Below, in pieces: positions 56,637 through 64,000 of a stretch of 64,000 nt of DNA. This DNA is from a virus (taxonomy: Duplodnaviria; Caudoviricetes). Each line of letters begins with the position of its first letter. Position 1 is the stretch's first letter. Both the position numbers and the translations under genes were made by a program. The DNA lies in IMG/VR virus record IMGVR_UViG_3300033073_000243, positions 20,600-84,599 of that record. One strand, 5' to 3'. The notes beneath the pieces are model-generated. The model was not told where the DNA came from, searched no databases, and saw only the letters and a program-made list of their open reading frames with translations.

Positions 56637-57436
56637 TTGTTTTCCTTTAGCTTTGACATTATCAAGTCAAAGGCTTTTCTATGTCCTTGTGCGCTGGTAT
56701 GCCAACTTGGCAAATCATCAGGATAATCTATCGAAAGTTGTCCCCAGCTCAATTCACAGATATTTATAGGACAAATAAACTTTTCGTAGTAAGCAGGCTC
56801 ATGTGTTAGTATTAAGTGATTAATTCCAGCATTTTTTAACAATGTATGAGCCATAGTCATAAGCCCAATTGTATGGATTCTGTTTATTCTACTATCATGT
56901 ATAGTAGTTCCATAGTCATACAATGTTTTCATCCGTTGTTTTGGCTCATCTATAAATCTATGATAATACCCGGATTGCACATTTTTACTGCCAAAGTTCT
57001 CCCAATAGTCAATTACACCCATTAGGTTATCTGTGAACATGTTACCTTTGTATCGAGGATTATCTTGCATAGGATGTGGGAGTCTTATCTCTTTATCCTT
57101 TACATGATATGTATGTTCTCCATACGGCGGGTATTGATGATAGTTAACATCCTCTAAAGTAATTTCCCCGCTTTGATCCACTTCCATCGGAAACCAATCA
57201 ACTCTATCATAACTAGTATGACTTATAATTACTAAATCTAAATTGTCTTTAAAATGCTCCAGAGCATACTTAGCTTGTAAGTAGATGCTAAAATTTGTAC
57301 TAGATCCTTTGGCTAAGTTGATAACATCTTTATCGAGTTCTTTACCTAATAGTTGTCCATAAGGTTCTGTGGCAAGGTCGTGACAACCTATACCAATGTT
57401 AAAACTATCTCCGCATATTGCTATACTTTTATTCAC
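56627..57436 (-). CDS. SGNH-like protein
   Basis: ICGDSF, NLAKGSSTN, WHTSAQGH. Confidence 0.7.
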   Translation of the reverse strand: MNKSIAICGDSFNIGIGCHDLATEPYGQLLGKELDKDVINLAKGSSTNFSIYLQAKYALEHFKDNLDLVIISHTSYDRVDWFPMEVDQSGEITLEDVNYHQYPPYGEHTYHVKDKEIRLPHPMQDNPRYKGNMFTDNLMGVIDYWENFGSKNVQSGYYHRFIDEPKQRMKTLYDYGTTIHDSRINRIHTIGLMTMAHTLLKNAGINHLILTHEPAYYEKFICPINICELSWGQLSIDYPDDLPSWHTSAQGHRKAFDLIMSKLKENKWI

Positions 57437-58235
57437 TATATAACTCCATTAGCTTTGGATATAAAACTTCCTCTGCCCAGTACTTATGTCCGTCACGAAG
57501 TACATGCATTGCCGGACCATGTTGAAAGCCTTTTAAGTTACAAACTGTTTGCATAGCATCATTAAAGTAGATACCGATATTAGCAGGATGCTCTGTTAAC
57601 TTTAACTCAGTTGCATACTTCTCGTAAACATTTTCTCCCAGCCAAGTGTCCCACCAAGCTGGAACGCTTTGGAAGAACAAATACTTTATACCAAGATGCT
57701 CTAAAGTATTTTTCATCATAAACTGTTGCTGTAGATAAGTTTCCACACAACCAACTAAACTTATACCTGTAGCAGTATAATGTTTTTGTAATTCTTCTAT
57801 AGACTTGATTGTATGTTTAGCTGTTTCCTTTTCGTATGGTCCCAGGAAATCACTAAACGGTTGTGTCATGTTGAATCTATGCCAACCTCTAATAGCAGGG
57901 TCATCTACATAAATCTCGTTACGCTCTGCACTTGTCCAACCCAATACAACTACTAATTCTTGCTGTTGTTCTTTAGTTAACTTGTTGATATAGTTTAAGG
58001 TAGTTCTTATCATGCGTTGATTAGACCCGCCGCCAATTGATTCATTGACAACAGGCATGTTTAACTTTGCACCTAAGTAAGCTCCCCAGTTGTACATATT
58101 GTAGAATTCGACTAAGTTTAAATCTGTTTTGTTTGTATAAGGAGGTTGTGACTTAGCCCACTCATTAAATAGTTCTTCTTCATGCTCTAATTCTAGACCT
58201 GCTGTCCAACTACAACCATTTACATATAACATCAT
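57429..58235 (-). CDS. SGNH-like protein
   Basis: VNGCSWTAG, NESIGGGSN, MHVLRDGH. Confidence 0.7.
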   Translation of the reverse strand: MMLYVNGCSWTAGLELEHEEELFNEWAKSQPPYTNKTDLNLVEFYNMYNWGAYLGAKLNMPVVNESIGGGSNQRMIRTTLNYINKLTKEQQQELVVVLGWTSAERNEIYVDDPAIRGWHRFNMTQPFSDFLGPYEKETAKHTIKSIEELQKHYTATGISLVGCVETYLQQQFMMKNTLEHLGIKYLFFQSVPAWWDTWLGENVYEKYATELKLTEHPANIGIYFNDAMQTVCNLKGFQHGPAMHVLRDGHKYWAEEVLYPKLMELYSE

Positions 58236-59131
58236 AGTATTTTATTCTCTTTGATATATCTATACAACTCATTTGCCCAAGCGGCATGACCTTCTGGGCT
58301 AGGATGCCAGCCTGCACCTTGACCAACTGTACAGTAAGGGTTGATTAAGTTAGCATTGTCTATATAGCTTTTGAAAGTTGAGTTAGGCTGATCTTTCTTA
58401 TAAAAGCTAATTGGATCTATCAGTTCCCACATAGTGGAATATTCTGTCAACGCATGATAGCGTTGTTTGTTATCACTATAGCTGTATCCAAATTTGTGTA
58501 GATTGTTTATAGCATCCTTAACATTTAATTCTTCCCAGCTATCTATATTTGCGTTTGGGCTTTGATAAAATGCATTAAACTGTATCAGCTTGATGTTGTT
58601 TGCTTGACAAAAGTTCTGTAGCTGTAAGCAATTCATTACAAAGCGTACAATATATTCTTCGGGGTTCCACAAGTAAGCTACATACAATTCCCATATTTTC
58701 TCTTGAGCTTTATGTGCAAAGTTTGGAACATTGGGCCACAATCTAAAAGGCATAGAGCTGTTATCATCTTTAAACCAAAAGCTATTTCGTTCGGGACTAC
58801 TCCAACCTACAACTACTAATAAGTCATCTGTGGGTCTCTTAGGAACAAGATAGTTTGTAGTAATGTATTCGATTGTTCTTCTAAGTATACTGCCATTATC
58901 ATCTGCAGGCCAAGCCAAGTTAATAACTTCTGCATTTAGTTTGTTTGCTAGATAGCTTGGATATGTGCGCGGGATCCTATACGCATCGTTATCTTCATTA
59001 AAGTCATATTGGCAAACATGTGTAGCGTTGGGATTTTTATCGACAAGTTCTTGCGGGACTATTTCAGAGCCAAAGGTCCAGCTATCGCCATTAGCAATTA
59101 TCGTTTTAGTTTTTAAGTTAAGCAAGCTCAT
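58232..59131 (-). CDS. SGNH-like protein
   Basis: ANGDSWTFG, NLAWPADDN, WHPSPEGH. Confidence 0.72.
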   Translation of the reverse strand: MSLLNLKTKTIIANGDSWTFGSEIVPQELVDKNPNATHVCQYDFNEDNDAYRIPRTYPSYLANKLNAEVINLAWPADDNGSILRRTIEYITTNYLVPKRPTDDLLVVVGWSSPERNSFWFKDDNSSMPFRLWPNVPNFAHKAQEKIWELYVAYLWNPEEYIVRFVMNCLQLQNFCQANNIKLIQFNAFYQSPNANIDSWEELNVKDAINNLHKFGYSYSDNKQRYHALTEYSTMWELIDPISFYKKDQPNSTFKSYIDNANLINPYCTVGQGAGWHPSPEGHAAWANELYRYIKENKIL

Positions 59132-59946
59132 CTATACCAATCCATACACATTTTCATAACTTGTTCCCAATCGTAAATAGGATCAAGTCCGGACTCTGCT
59201 ACATTCTTTCTAACAACATACCAAGGGAAACTATAAAAGCAAGTTGGATGTATAGACATATCAATTAAGTTTCTATATATCATAGTACCAGGTCCATAAA
59301 AGAACTCCGGAGCCACATTGCCTATGCCTGTCATATCAATCGGAGCAGCCTTTTGATGATGTATATAGTATATGTTGGAAGCCAAGTCCATTGTTTTACT
59401 ATCGCCATAGAAGAACACATCATCAAAGTTATTGTAGTGGAATTCAAATGGAAATTTTGCAATCGGTGTACAAGTATACATCATAAGCGGACTCATGACA
59501 TGCGGAATAAAATTTGTATGTGGATTGTATATTGTATCTAGGCGTAGCTTAATAACTAAGTCGTATTCGAAATCGTTAGCGAGTTCATGTTTGCGTTTCA
59601 TATGAACGCTTTTCATAAAGCTGTAGAACATTCCATCAAAGTTTCTAGTAGAGTTAGTTCGTTCTAAAAAGCCATCCCATTTATCTACACAAACATCAAC
59701 AGGGTTATACGCTTCGATAAGTTTTTGTTTCAAATCAGGAGTTACTTGTTCGTGTGTAAATTCTTGTGTAGCTGTATTTGGTCGATAGGAATTAGTATCC
59801 CAAGTATGGATAAAGATATCGTATTTTATAGGTACAAAGGTCTCAGGATGATCCTGTCTGCTGAAAAAGTGTTTAATACTTTTGACTGCGAACTCCCAAG
59901 TGCGTGGTTGTCCGCTAAAGCAAAGTGCTATTCTATATGGTTTCAT
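59128..59946 (-). CDS. putative glycosyltransferase of the IAxCxSGQPR type, paralog 1
   Basis: IALCFSGQPR, IFIHTW, YDLVIKLRLD. Confidence 0.55.
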   Translation of the reverse strand: MKPYRIALCFSGQPRTWEFAVKSIKHFFSRQDHPETFVPIKYDIFIHTWDTNSYRPNTATQEFTHEQVTPDLKQKLIEAYNPVDVCVDKWDGFLERTNSTRNFDGMFYSFMKSVHMKRKHELANDFEYDLVIKLRLDTIYNPHTNFIPHVMSPLMMYTCTPIAKFPFEFHYNNFDDVFFYGDSKTMDLASNIYYIHHQKAAPIDMTGIGNVAPEFFYGPGTMIYRNLIDMSIHPTCFYSFPWYVVRKNVAESGLDPIYDWEQVMKMCMDWYR

Positions 59947-59948
59947 AA

Positions 59949-60749
59949 TTAAGTGAGTTCATGTCCGCCGAGACCTCCTTGACCTTGTTCGAGTTTCTTT
60001 GTCAAGTATTCGTTAGTACGCATTACTTTAGGATCTGCGTAGTTACAACGATTCTTAATTAACATCATCTGTATAAAGAAAGCGAAAGGTACTTCGGGCG
60101 GGTTGTTATCGTGTCCAAATGGTTGTATACCTATAACGGGTAGCCAACGATAAAACTCGCCCAGCTTGTCAAAAGTATTGCTATCTGCATAGTAGAATAT
60201 ATCTCCTATTCTAAAGAACGGAAACCCGTCGGCTCTGCCATTATGACAACTATGTATAGTGTTGAATTCAGGATACTCGAAACTGTTAATAAACAAGTCA
60301 ATCGACTCTTCGTTAAAGTATAAATCTGTTCTTAACTTAAAGCAAATGTCGTATCTAAATCCTTGTTCAACTTCGTATTCCTTTTTCAGTTGAGTAGCTC
60401 GCATTGCGCTATAGAACTGACTGCCTGACCAATGTACAGGTGTACCTCCACTGATGGAATAAACTTCGCCTGCTCTACGGATATCTTCCATAACTTTCAT
60501 GCTTTTGTCGTAGCCTTCGATTAAGCATTTCTTTGGGCGCAGATGTTCGTTCAGTCGTTGGAATTCTTCTTCAGATACTCGTTGAGGAGTTAAGTCGTTA
60601 AGTATTTGTGGGAGACTATTAAAGTCCCACAGGTGGTAAAAGAAATCTACTTCGGCATCAGCAAAGCGTGAAAACAATTGTTTCCACGATTCTACACAGC
60701 TTTCCCATGTTCTTGGTTGCCCATTAAGACAAACGGCTATTCTTACCAT
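59949..60749 (-). CDS. putative glycosyltransferase of the IAxCxSGQPR type, paralog 2
   Basis: IAVCLNGQPR, FFYHLW, YDICFKLRTD. Confidence 0.55.
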   Translation of the reverse strand: MVRIAVCLNGQPRTWESCVESWKQLFSRFADAEVDFFYHLWDFNSLPQILNDLTPQRVSEEEFQRLNEHLRPKKCLIEGYDKSMKVMEDIRRAGEVYSISGGTPVHWSGSQFYSAMRATQLKKEYEVEQGFRYDICFKLRTDLYFNEESIDLFINSFEYPEFNTIHSCHNGRADGFPFFRIGDIFYYADSNTFDKLGEFYRWLPVIGIQPFGHDNNPPEVPFAFFIQMMLIKNRCNYADPKVMRTNEYLTKKLEQGQGGLGGHELT

Positions 60750-62133
60750 ATTTCCAGTAGTTATATAATTCTTCCATCTCGGGGAATGTCTTTAAAAAGT
60801 TTGTACCGCGACGGCGATCATGCTCATCTACAAATTTAATAAAGTCCCTGTGATAAGGTGTTATCTCTTTGTGTTCATCTTTACGAATCATTAATTCGTA
60901 TATGCGTCTAAACTTGTCTGCTTCCCACTTAAAGAATCCACGATTGCTAGTACCAAACCATTCAGGATGTTCTAAGTTTTCATACATAAATGTAACTTGT
61001 TCGTACACCAAATCAGCATATTTGTTTGGCATAATAAAAATAGCCTGGTGTCCCGGATGACGTAAGTACGGAACATCAACAATTAGAGGTGCATTAGTTT
61101 TACCATGCCCGCCGTACTTGTTTTTAATCTCTAACATATCCTGTAAAAACTCTTTGTATCTAAACAAACTAAGAGCATTGTATGTGCTCATAATTGTAAT
61201 AGTACAATTAGGTACTTCAGACAGTATGCGATTGATATTGCGCTTCCACAATTCGTAGTTAAGTCCATCTCGGATGTATTCGGCTTGTTCACCATAAGTG
61301 TCACAGCTAGTGAATACTTTAAACTTTTGAACTTTCTTTTCACCGCAGATAATTTTAATCTTCTCTATGAACTTGTCAAAGATTTTATCAGGTATACATA
61401 AGTTGCTATTAACGCTTAAATGTATCTCAGGATTAGGGTTATCTATAACATAGTCAAGTACCTTAAAAGTATCTTTAGTTAGTAGTGGTTCTCCGCCAGT
61501 TATTCTAAAGTGTTTAAGTGTTGGATAAACGCTAGGCCACCATTTCCAAAATGCTTCTACATAAGGGTTATGTTGATTGTGTGGGATTGGCATAACGCCA
61601 TCACGCTTCATCCATTCTATGTCGTTGTATTTTAAACCGGTTGGATAAGGTCCGTGTTTCTCTATTTCTTCCATCCACATGCTACTAATTTGTGGACTGC
61701 AATAGCTGCATTTAAAGTTACAAACATTGCTAAAGCTAACTTCTAAGTAGCTTGGGTTTACATCCTGATCCCATGGCATTGTTCGTACTTCGTCGAAGTA
61801 TGGTTGTGCCCAAACATCATAGCTTTTATAAATTCTATCGCTAACGGCGTCTGGGTTACTATCTTCCACATTCCAACAGTAGTCGCACTCTGCTGGGCGA
61901 GTGCCTTCTAGCATCATTTTGCGTTGTTCTTTTTTAAAATTGGTATTATGTAATGCGCTAGGATTTTTTGCAATCTCGTCCAATGGGATTCGATGTGCAA
62001 CAGGGTGGTGACAGCTATGAGTTTGCCCGAGTTGTAAATGGAGTGTAACTTGTTTCCATTTTGCTAAACAAAAACTCGGACTTACTTCGTTGATTTTGTT
62101 TTTGTAGTCTTTGATATCTTTATTAATGTCCAT
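60724..62133 (-). CDS. radical SAM enzyme with an N-terminal Cys region
   Basis: FCLAKW...SCHH...ECDYC; FSNVCNFKCSYC; ITGGEPL. Confidence 0.9.
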   Translation of the reverse strand: MDINKDIKDYKNKINEVSPSFCLAKWKQVTLHLQLGQTHSCHHPVAHRIPLDEIAKNPSALHNTNFKKEQRKMMLEGTRPAECDYCWNVEDSNPDAVSDRIYKSYDVWAQPYFDEVRTMPWDQDVNPSYLEVSFSNVCNFKCSYCSPQISSMWMEEIEKHGPYPTGLKYNDIEWMKRDGVMPIPHNQHNPYVEAFWKWWPSVYPTLKHFRITGGEPLLTKDTFKVLDYVIDNPNPEIHLSVNSNLCIPDKIFDKFIEKIKIICGEKKVQKFKVFTSCDTYGEQAEYIRDGLNYELWKRNINRILSEVPNCTITIMSTYNALSLFRYKEFLQDMLEIKNKYGGHGKTNAPLIVDVPYLRHPGHQAIFIMPNKYADLVYEQVTFMYENLEHPEWFGTSNRGFFKWEADKFRRIYELMIRKDEHKEITPYHRDFIKFVDEHDRRRGTNFLKTFPEMEELYNYWKYGKNSRLS

Positions 62134-62157
62134 TTTCGTTAAGTGCGTTGTTAATTG

Positions 62158-62165
62158 TATTTATA
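62158..62165 (-). promoter_or_regulatory. T4-type late promoter TATAAATA at the head of the 26-gene operon
   Basis: Exact consensus on the minus strand, 24 nt upstream of the ATG at 62133. Confidence 0.7.
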
Positions 62166-62189
62166 GGTGTTACAGTGTTCTTAAGTCGT

Positions 62190-62215
62190 AAAAAAACCGC
62201 CCGAAGGCGGTTTTT
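62190..62215 (-). terminator. rho-independent terminator with a C(UUCG)G loop
   Basis: Minus strand AAAAACCGCC-TTCG-GGCGGTTTTTTT. Confidence 0.9.
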
Positions 62216-62228
62216 GGAGTTTTGCCAA

Positions 62229-63326
62229 TTATATAACAGGACTTGCTGTGGTTGTCGGTGCCGCTACTGGTGCAGGAGCAACCGGAGCAGGTGTTGTTGG
62301 AGCAACTGCCGGAGGAGCTACCGGAGCAGGTGTTACTGGCGCAGGAGCAACCGGAGCAGGTGTTACTGGCGCAGGAGTTGTCGGAGCAACTACTGGACTT
62401 GCAGTAGTGCTCGGTGCCGCTACTGGACTTGCCACTGGAGCAGGTGTTGTTGGAGCAACTGCCGGAGGAGCTACCGGAGCAGGTGTTGTTGGGGCAACTA
62501 CTGGGCTACTTGTTGTGCTAGGTGCCGCTACTGGTGCTACTGGAGAAGTTGCAGGAGCAGGTGTTGGAGCAACTACTGGGCTACTTGTTGTGCTCGGTGC
62601 CGCTACTGGAGCAGGGGTTACTGGTCCTACTACCGGAGCAGGTGTTACCGGAGCACCTGTCGGAGCAGGTGTTGGAGCAACTACTGGTGCAGGTGTTGGA
62701 GCAACTGGTGCAGGAGTTACAGGAGCTATTGTCGGTGCTGGAGTTGTCGGTGCTGATGGAGCAGTTGGTGCCACTGGCGAAGAAGGAGCAGTTGGGCTAA
62801 CTGTATAAACAGAAGCAATTACTGATGTAGTTCTAGTATTACCCGAACCATTAAAAGTAAAAGTTAAAGTTTGAGCACCAGTTGATGCAGGCATTGTATA
62901 AGAAAAGTTACCATGTCCATTAGCATCTAGTGTATATGTTGAACTAGAACCGCTAATAGTAAATGTACTTCCCGGTACGCCATTCATAACAGAAACTGTT
63001 ATAGGTCTGCTTGCGTATGCTGTTGCTGGAGCAATAACTGCTTCATTGTAGCCAGCTTTAATAATAGCCCAATCAGTTGATGCTGGTCCAACATAAACAT
63101 ATAAAACAGACAAATCAGTTCTATAGCATAGTTGACCTACAACTGGGTTACTAGGAAAAGCAGTGTTTGCAAAATTCTCTAATAAATGCACAAGGTTCTC
63201 AGCCATAATTTCGCCGTAACCCGAGTAATTTTTACCAATTAATCTAAGCGGTGATGTAGTATCGACAGTTCTATCTGCAACTATCGTTAATCGTTCGCCA
63301 TTGGTTTTTGTTATATCATACGCCAT
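62229..63326 (-). CDS. probable virion protein: jumbo-phage structural N-terminus, a beta-rich segment and a ~190-aa mucin-like Pro/Thr/Ala/Ser tail
   Basis: MAYDITKTNG...LIGKNYSGYGE...LLENFA...GQL N-terminus recalled from large-phage tail/baseplate proteins; low-complexity tail seen directly. Confidence 0.65.
   Translation of the reverse strand: MAYDITKTNGERLTIVADRTVDTTSPLRLIGKNYSGYGEIMAENLVHLLENFANTAFPSNPVVGQLCYRTDLSVLYVYVGPASTDWAIIKAGYNEAVIAPATAYASRPITVSVMNGVPGSTFTISGSSSTYTLDANGHGNFSYTMPASTGAQTLTFTFNGSGNTRTTSVIASVYTVSPTAPSSPVAPTAPSAPTTPAPTIAPVTPAPVAPTPAPVVAPTPAPTGAPVTPAPVVGPVTPAPVAAPSTTSSPVVAPTPAPATSPVAPVAAPSTTSSPVVAPTTPAPVAPPAVAPTTPAPVASPVAAPSTTASPVVAPTTPAPVTPAPVAPAPVTPAPVAPPAVAPTTPAPVAPAPVAAPTTTASPVI
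62232..62798 (-). repeat. degenerate tandem repeats encoding PAPV/APTT/PSTT units
   Basis: 51-bp duplicate at 62284-62334 and 62437-62487; 27-bp unit repeated at 62321 and 62351. Confidence 0.85.
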
Positions 63327-63349
63327 GTATAAATTCCTTTAACTTTATA

Positions 63350-63356
63350 TATTTAG
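63350..63356 (-). promoter_or_regulatory. late-type promoter (CTAAATA)
   Basis: Intergenic, upstream of an AAGGA Shine-Dalgarno and the ATG at 63326. Confidence 0.5.
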
Positions 63357-63361
63357 CGATT

Positions 63362-63919
63362 TCAAAGCCTTATTCTCAGTGTATATTGGACTTGAATAGC
63401 ACTTGTGGGTAATTTCTGGACATTTTCTGAAACATAATGTGTCAGTAAAAATCCCGAATTTAATCCGTTTGAGCCTTTGCTTTTTAATCCAATTTCATTG
63501 AATGTCAATAGCCCGCTTGTATTTTCTGGTTGGTTTTCTTCTAAGGTGCAGAGTATCACTACATCTGTGTAAGATAACCCGTCTAAGTGTTCGACTGTGA
63601 CGTTATTTCTATTTGCAGAGTCATTATTAATATCCATTGTATCAACTACTTTGTAATACAGTGGATTGTATAAATCTGCTAGAACACCGGCTGCTAAATT
63701 TGTAGTAACATCTTTAGTTGTTGTTCCGTCGATAATTCCGCCGTTTCCTAAGTGCAATTCATAGATATATTGCGATGCATTGCCTTTGAGCATATTAGCA
63801 ATCACGATGCTCATTGTTTCAGGATTGATGGCGTTTTTTCCTTCGTGGATGACCTTGTTTAAGGTCAAATCTACAATTTTAACAAACCCGTCTATTTTAA
63901 TATTAGTTTGATTTATCAT
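63362..63919 (-). CDS. probable structural (baseplate-region) protein
   Basis: KNAI...GNGG...LYNPLYYKVVD...FNEIGLK...LLTH...IQVQYTLRI pattern; TATAAATA upstream at 63924-63931. Confidence 0.45.
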   Translation of the reverse strand: MINQTNIKIDGFVKIVDLTLNKVIHEGKNAINPETMSIVIANMLKGNASQYIYELHLGNGGIIDGTTTKDVTTNLAAGVLADLYNPLYYKVVDTMDINNDSANRNNVTVEHLDGLSYTDVVILCTLEENQPENTSGLLTFNEIGLKSKGSNGLNSGFLLTHYVSENVQKLPTSAIQVQYTLRIRL

Positions 63920-63949
63920 CTGATATTTATATAATTCATGTCACCGAGT

Positions 63950-64000
63950 TTAGTAAATCGGGCTAGGAGAAGTTCCTACTACTGGGCTAGCTGTCGTAGC
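63950..64000 (-). CDS. C-terminal end of an upstream gene with a Ser/Thr/Pro-rich tail (partial)
   Basis: Hand translation ...ATTASPVVGTSPSPIY-stop; TTASPVV also occurs in the 62229-63326 tail. Confidence 0.6.
   Translation of the reverse strand, partial: ATTASPVVGTSPSPIY

Noticed and set aside
2173-61060. Numerous alternative-frame or antisense ORFs in the track (e.g. 2173-2532, 5236-5463, 6658-7086, 9345-9944, 22991-23390, 37416-37955, 51429-51830)
   Set aside because: They lie within well-supported genes and have no RBS or recognisable motifs
27485-62133. Classical RiPP gene cluster
   Set aside because: No leader-core precursor, peptidase or transporter was recognised, and the companion enzymes are glycan-type; kept only as a secondary possibility for the 77-aa and 47-aa peptides
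62148-62808. Plus-strand ORFs rich in Cys/Arg/Trp or Gly/Ala/Val/Thr repeats (62148-62756, 62248-62808, 62522-62800)
   Set aside because: Antisense shadows of the repetitive mucin-like gene; the promoter, RBS and terminator all support the minus strand
1-64000. Stop-codon reassignment, as seen in some jumbo phages
   Set aside because: Conserved enzymes (MetK, ThyA, FolE, radical-SAM proteins) are full length in the standard code and coding density is high
1-64000. Bacterial chromosome or capsule-locus origin
   Set aside because: T4-type late promoters, an early small-gene island, RNase H, clamp-like and virion-type genes, and the absence of export or polymerase (Wzx/Wzy/Kps) genes indicate a phage
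1-64000. Mobile elements (homing endonucleases, introns, inteins, reverse transcriptase/DGR)
   Set aside because: No HNH, GIY-YIG, LAGLIDADG, intein or RT motifs were noticed, and thyA, metK and rnh are uninterrupted

Overview
A 64-kb segment of a large, AT-rich, T4-superfamily-like (jumbo-type) tailed phage genome, inferred from near-continuous coding, ATGA-coupled genes, sigma70-type early promoters, TATAAATA-type late promoters, an RNase H, a clamp-like fragment and virion-type genes. Four blocks are visible. (1) 1-16.6 kb (+): a 7-deazaguanine module (QueD/DpdL-like T-fold protein, TGT/DpdA-like transglycosylase, FolE, QueE) interleaved with two dehydrogenases, a GT-B glycosyltransferase resembling GTDC1/QTMAN, a cytidylyltransferase and a UDP-sugar dehydrogenase, followed by metK and rnh. 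(2) 16.6-23.8 kb (+): small early genes behind repeated TTGACACAAAT-N-TATAAT promoters, including an ArfA-like peptide, a type IV pilin-like protein and a MoxR AAA/vWA pair. (3) 24.9-27.5 kb (+): DHFR and ThyA. (4) 27.5-62.1 kb (mostly -): a ~35-kb biosynthetic-type locus of 35 genes with 12 radical-SAM enzymes, 6 SGNH-like proteins, 5 glycosyltransferase-like proteins, 2 Fe/2OG oxygenases, a carbamoyltransferase and a sugar-nucleotide cassette. It has late-type promoters and lies just downstream of virion-type genes with mucin-like Pro/Thr/Ser tails. Top hypotheses: a phage system that builds a heavily tailored glycan coat on mucin-like virion proteins, and a glycosylated 7-deazaguanine base. 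All family calls are motif recognition from memory; no searches were run.
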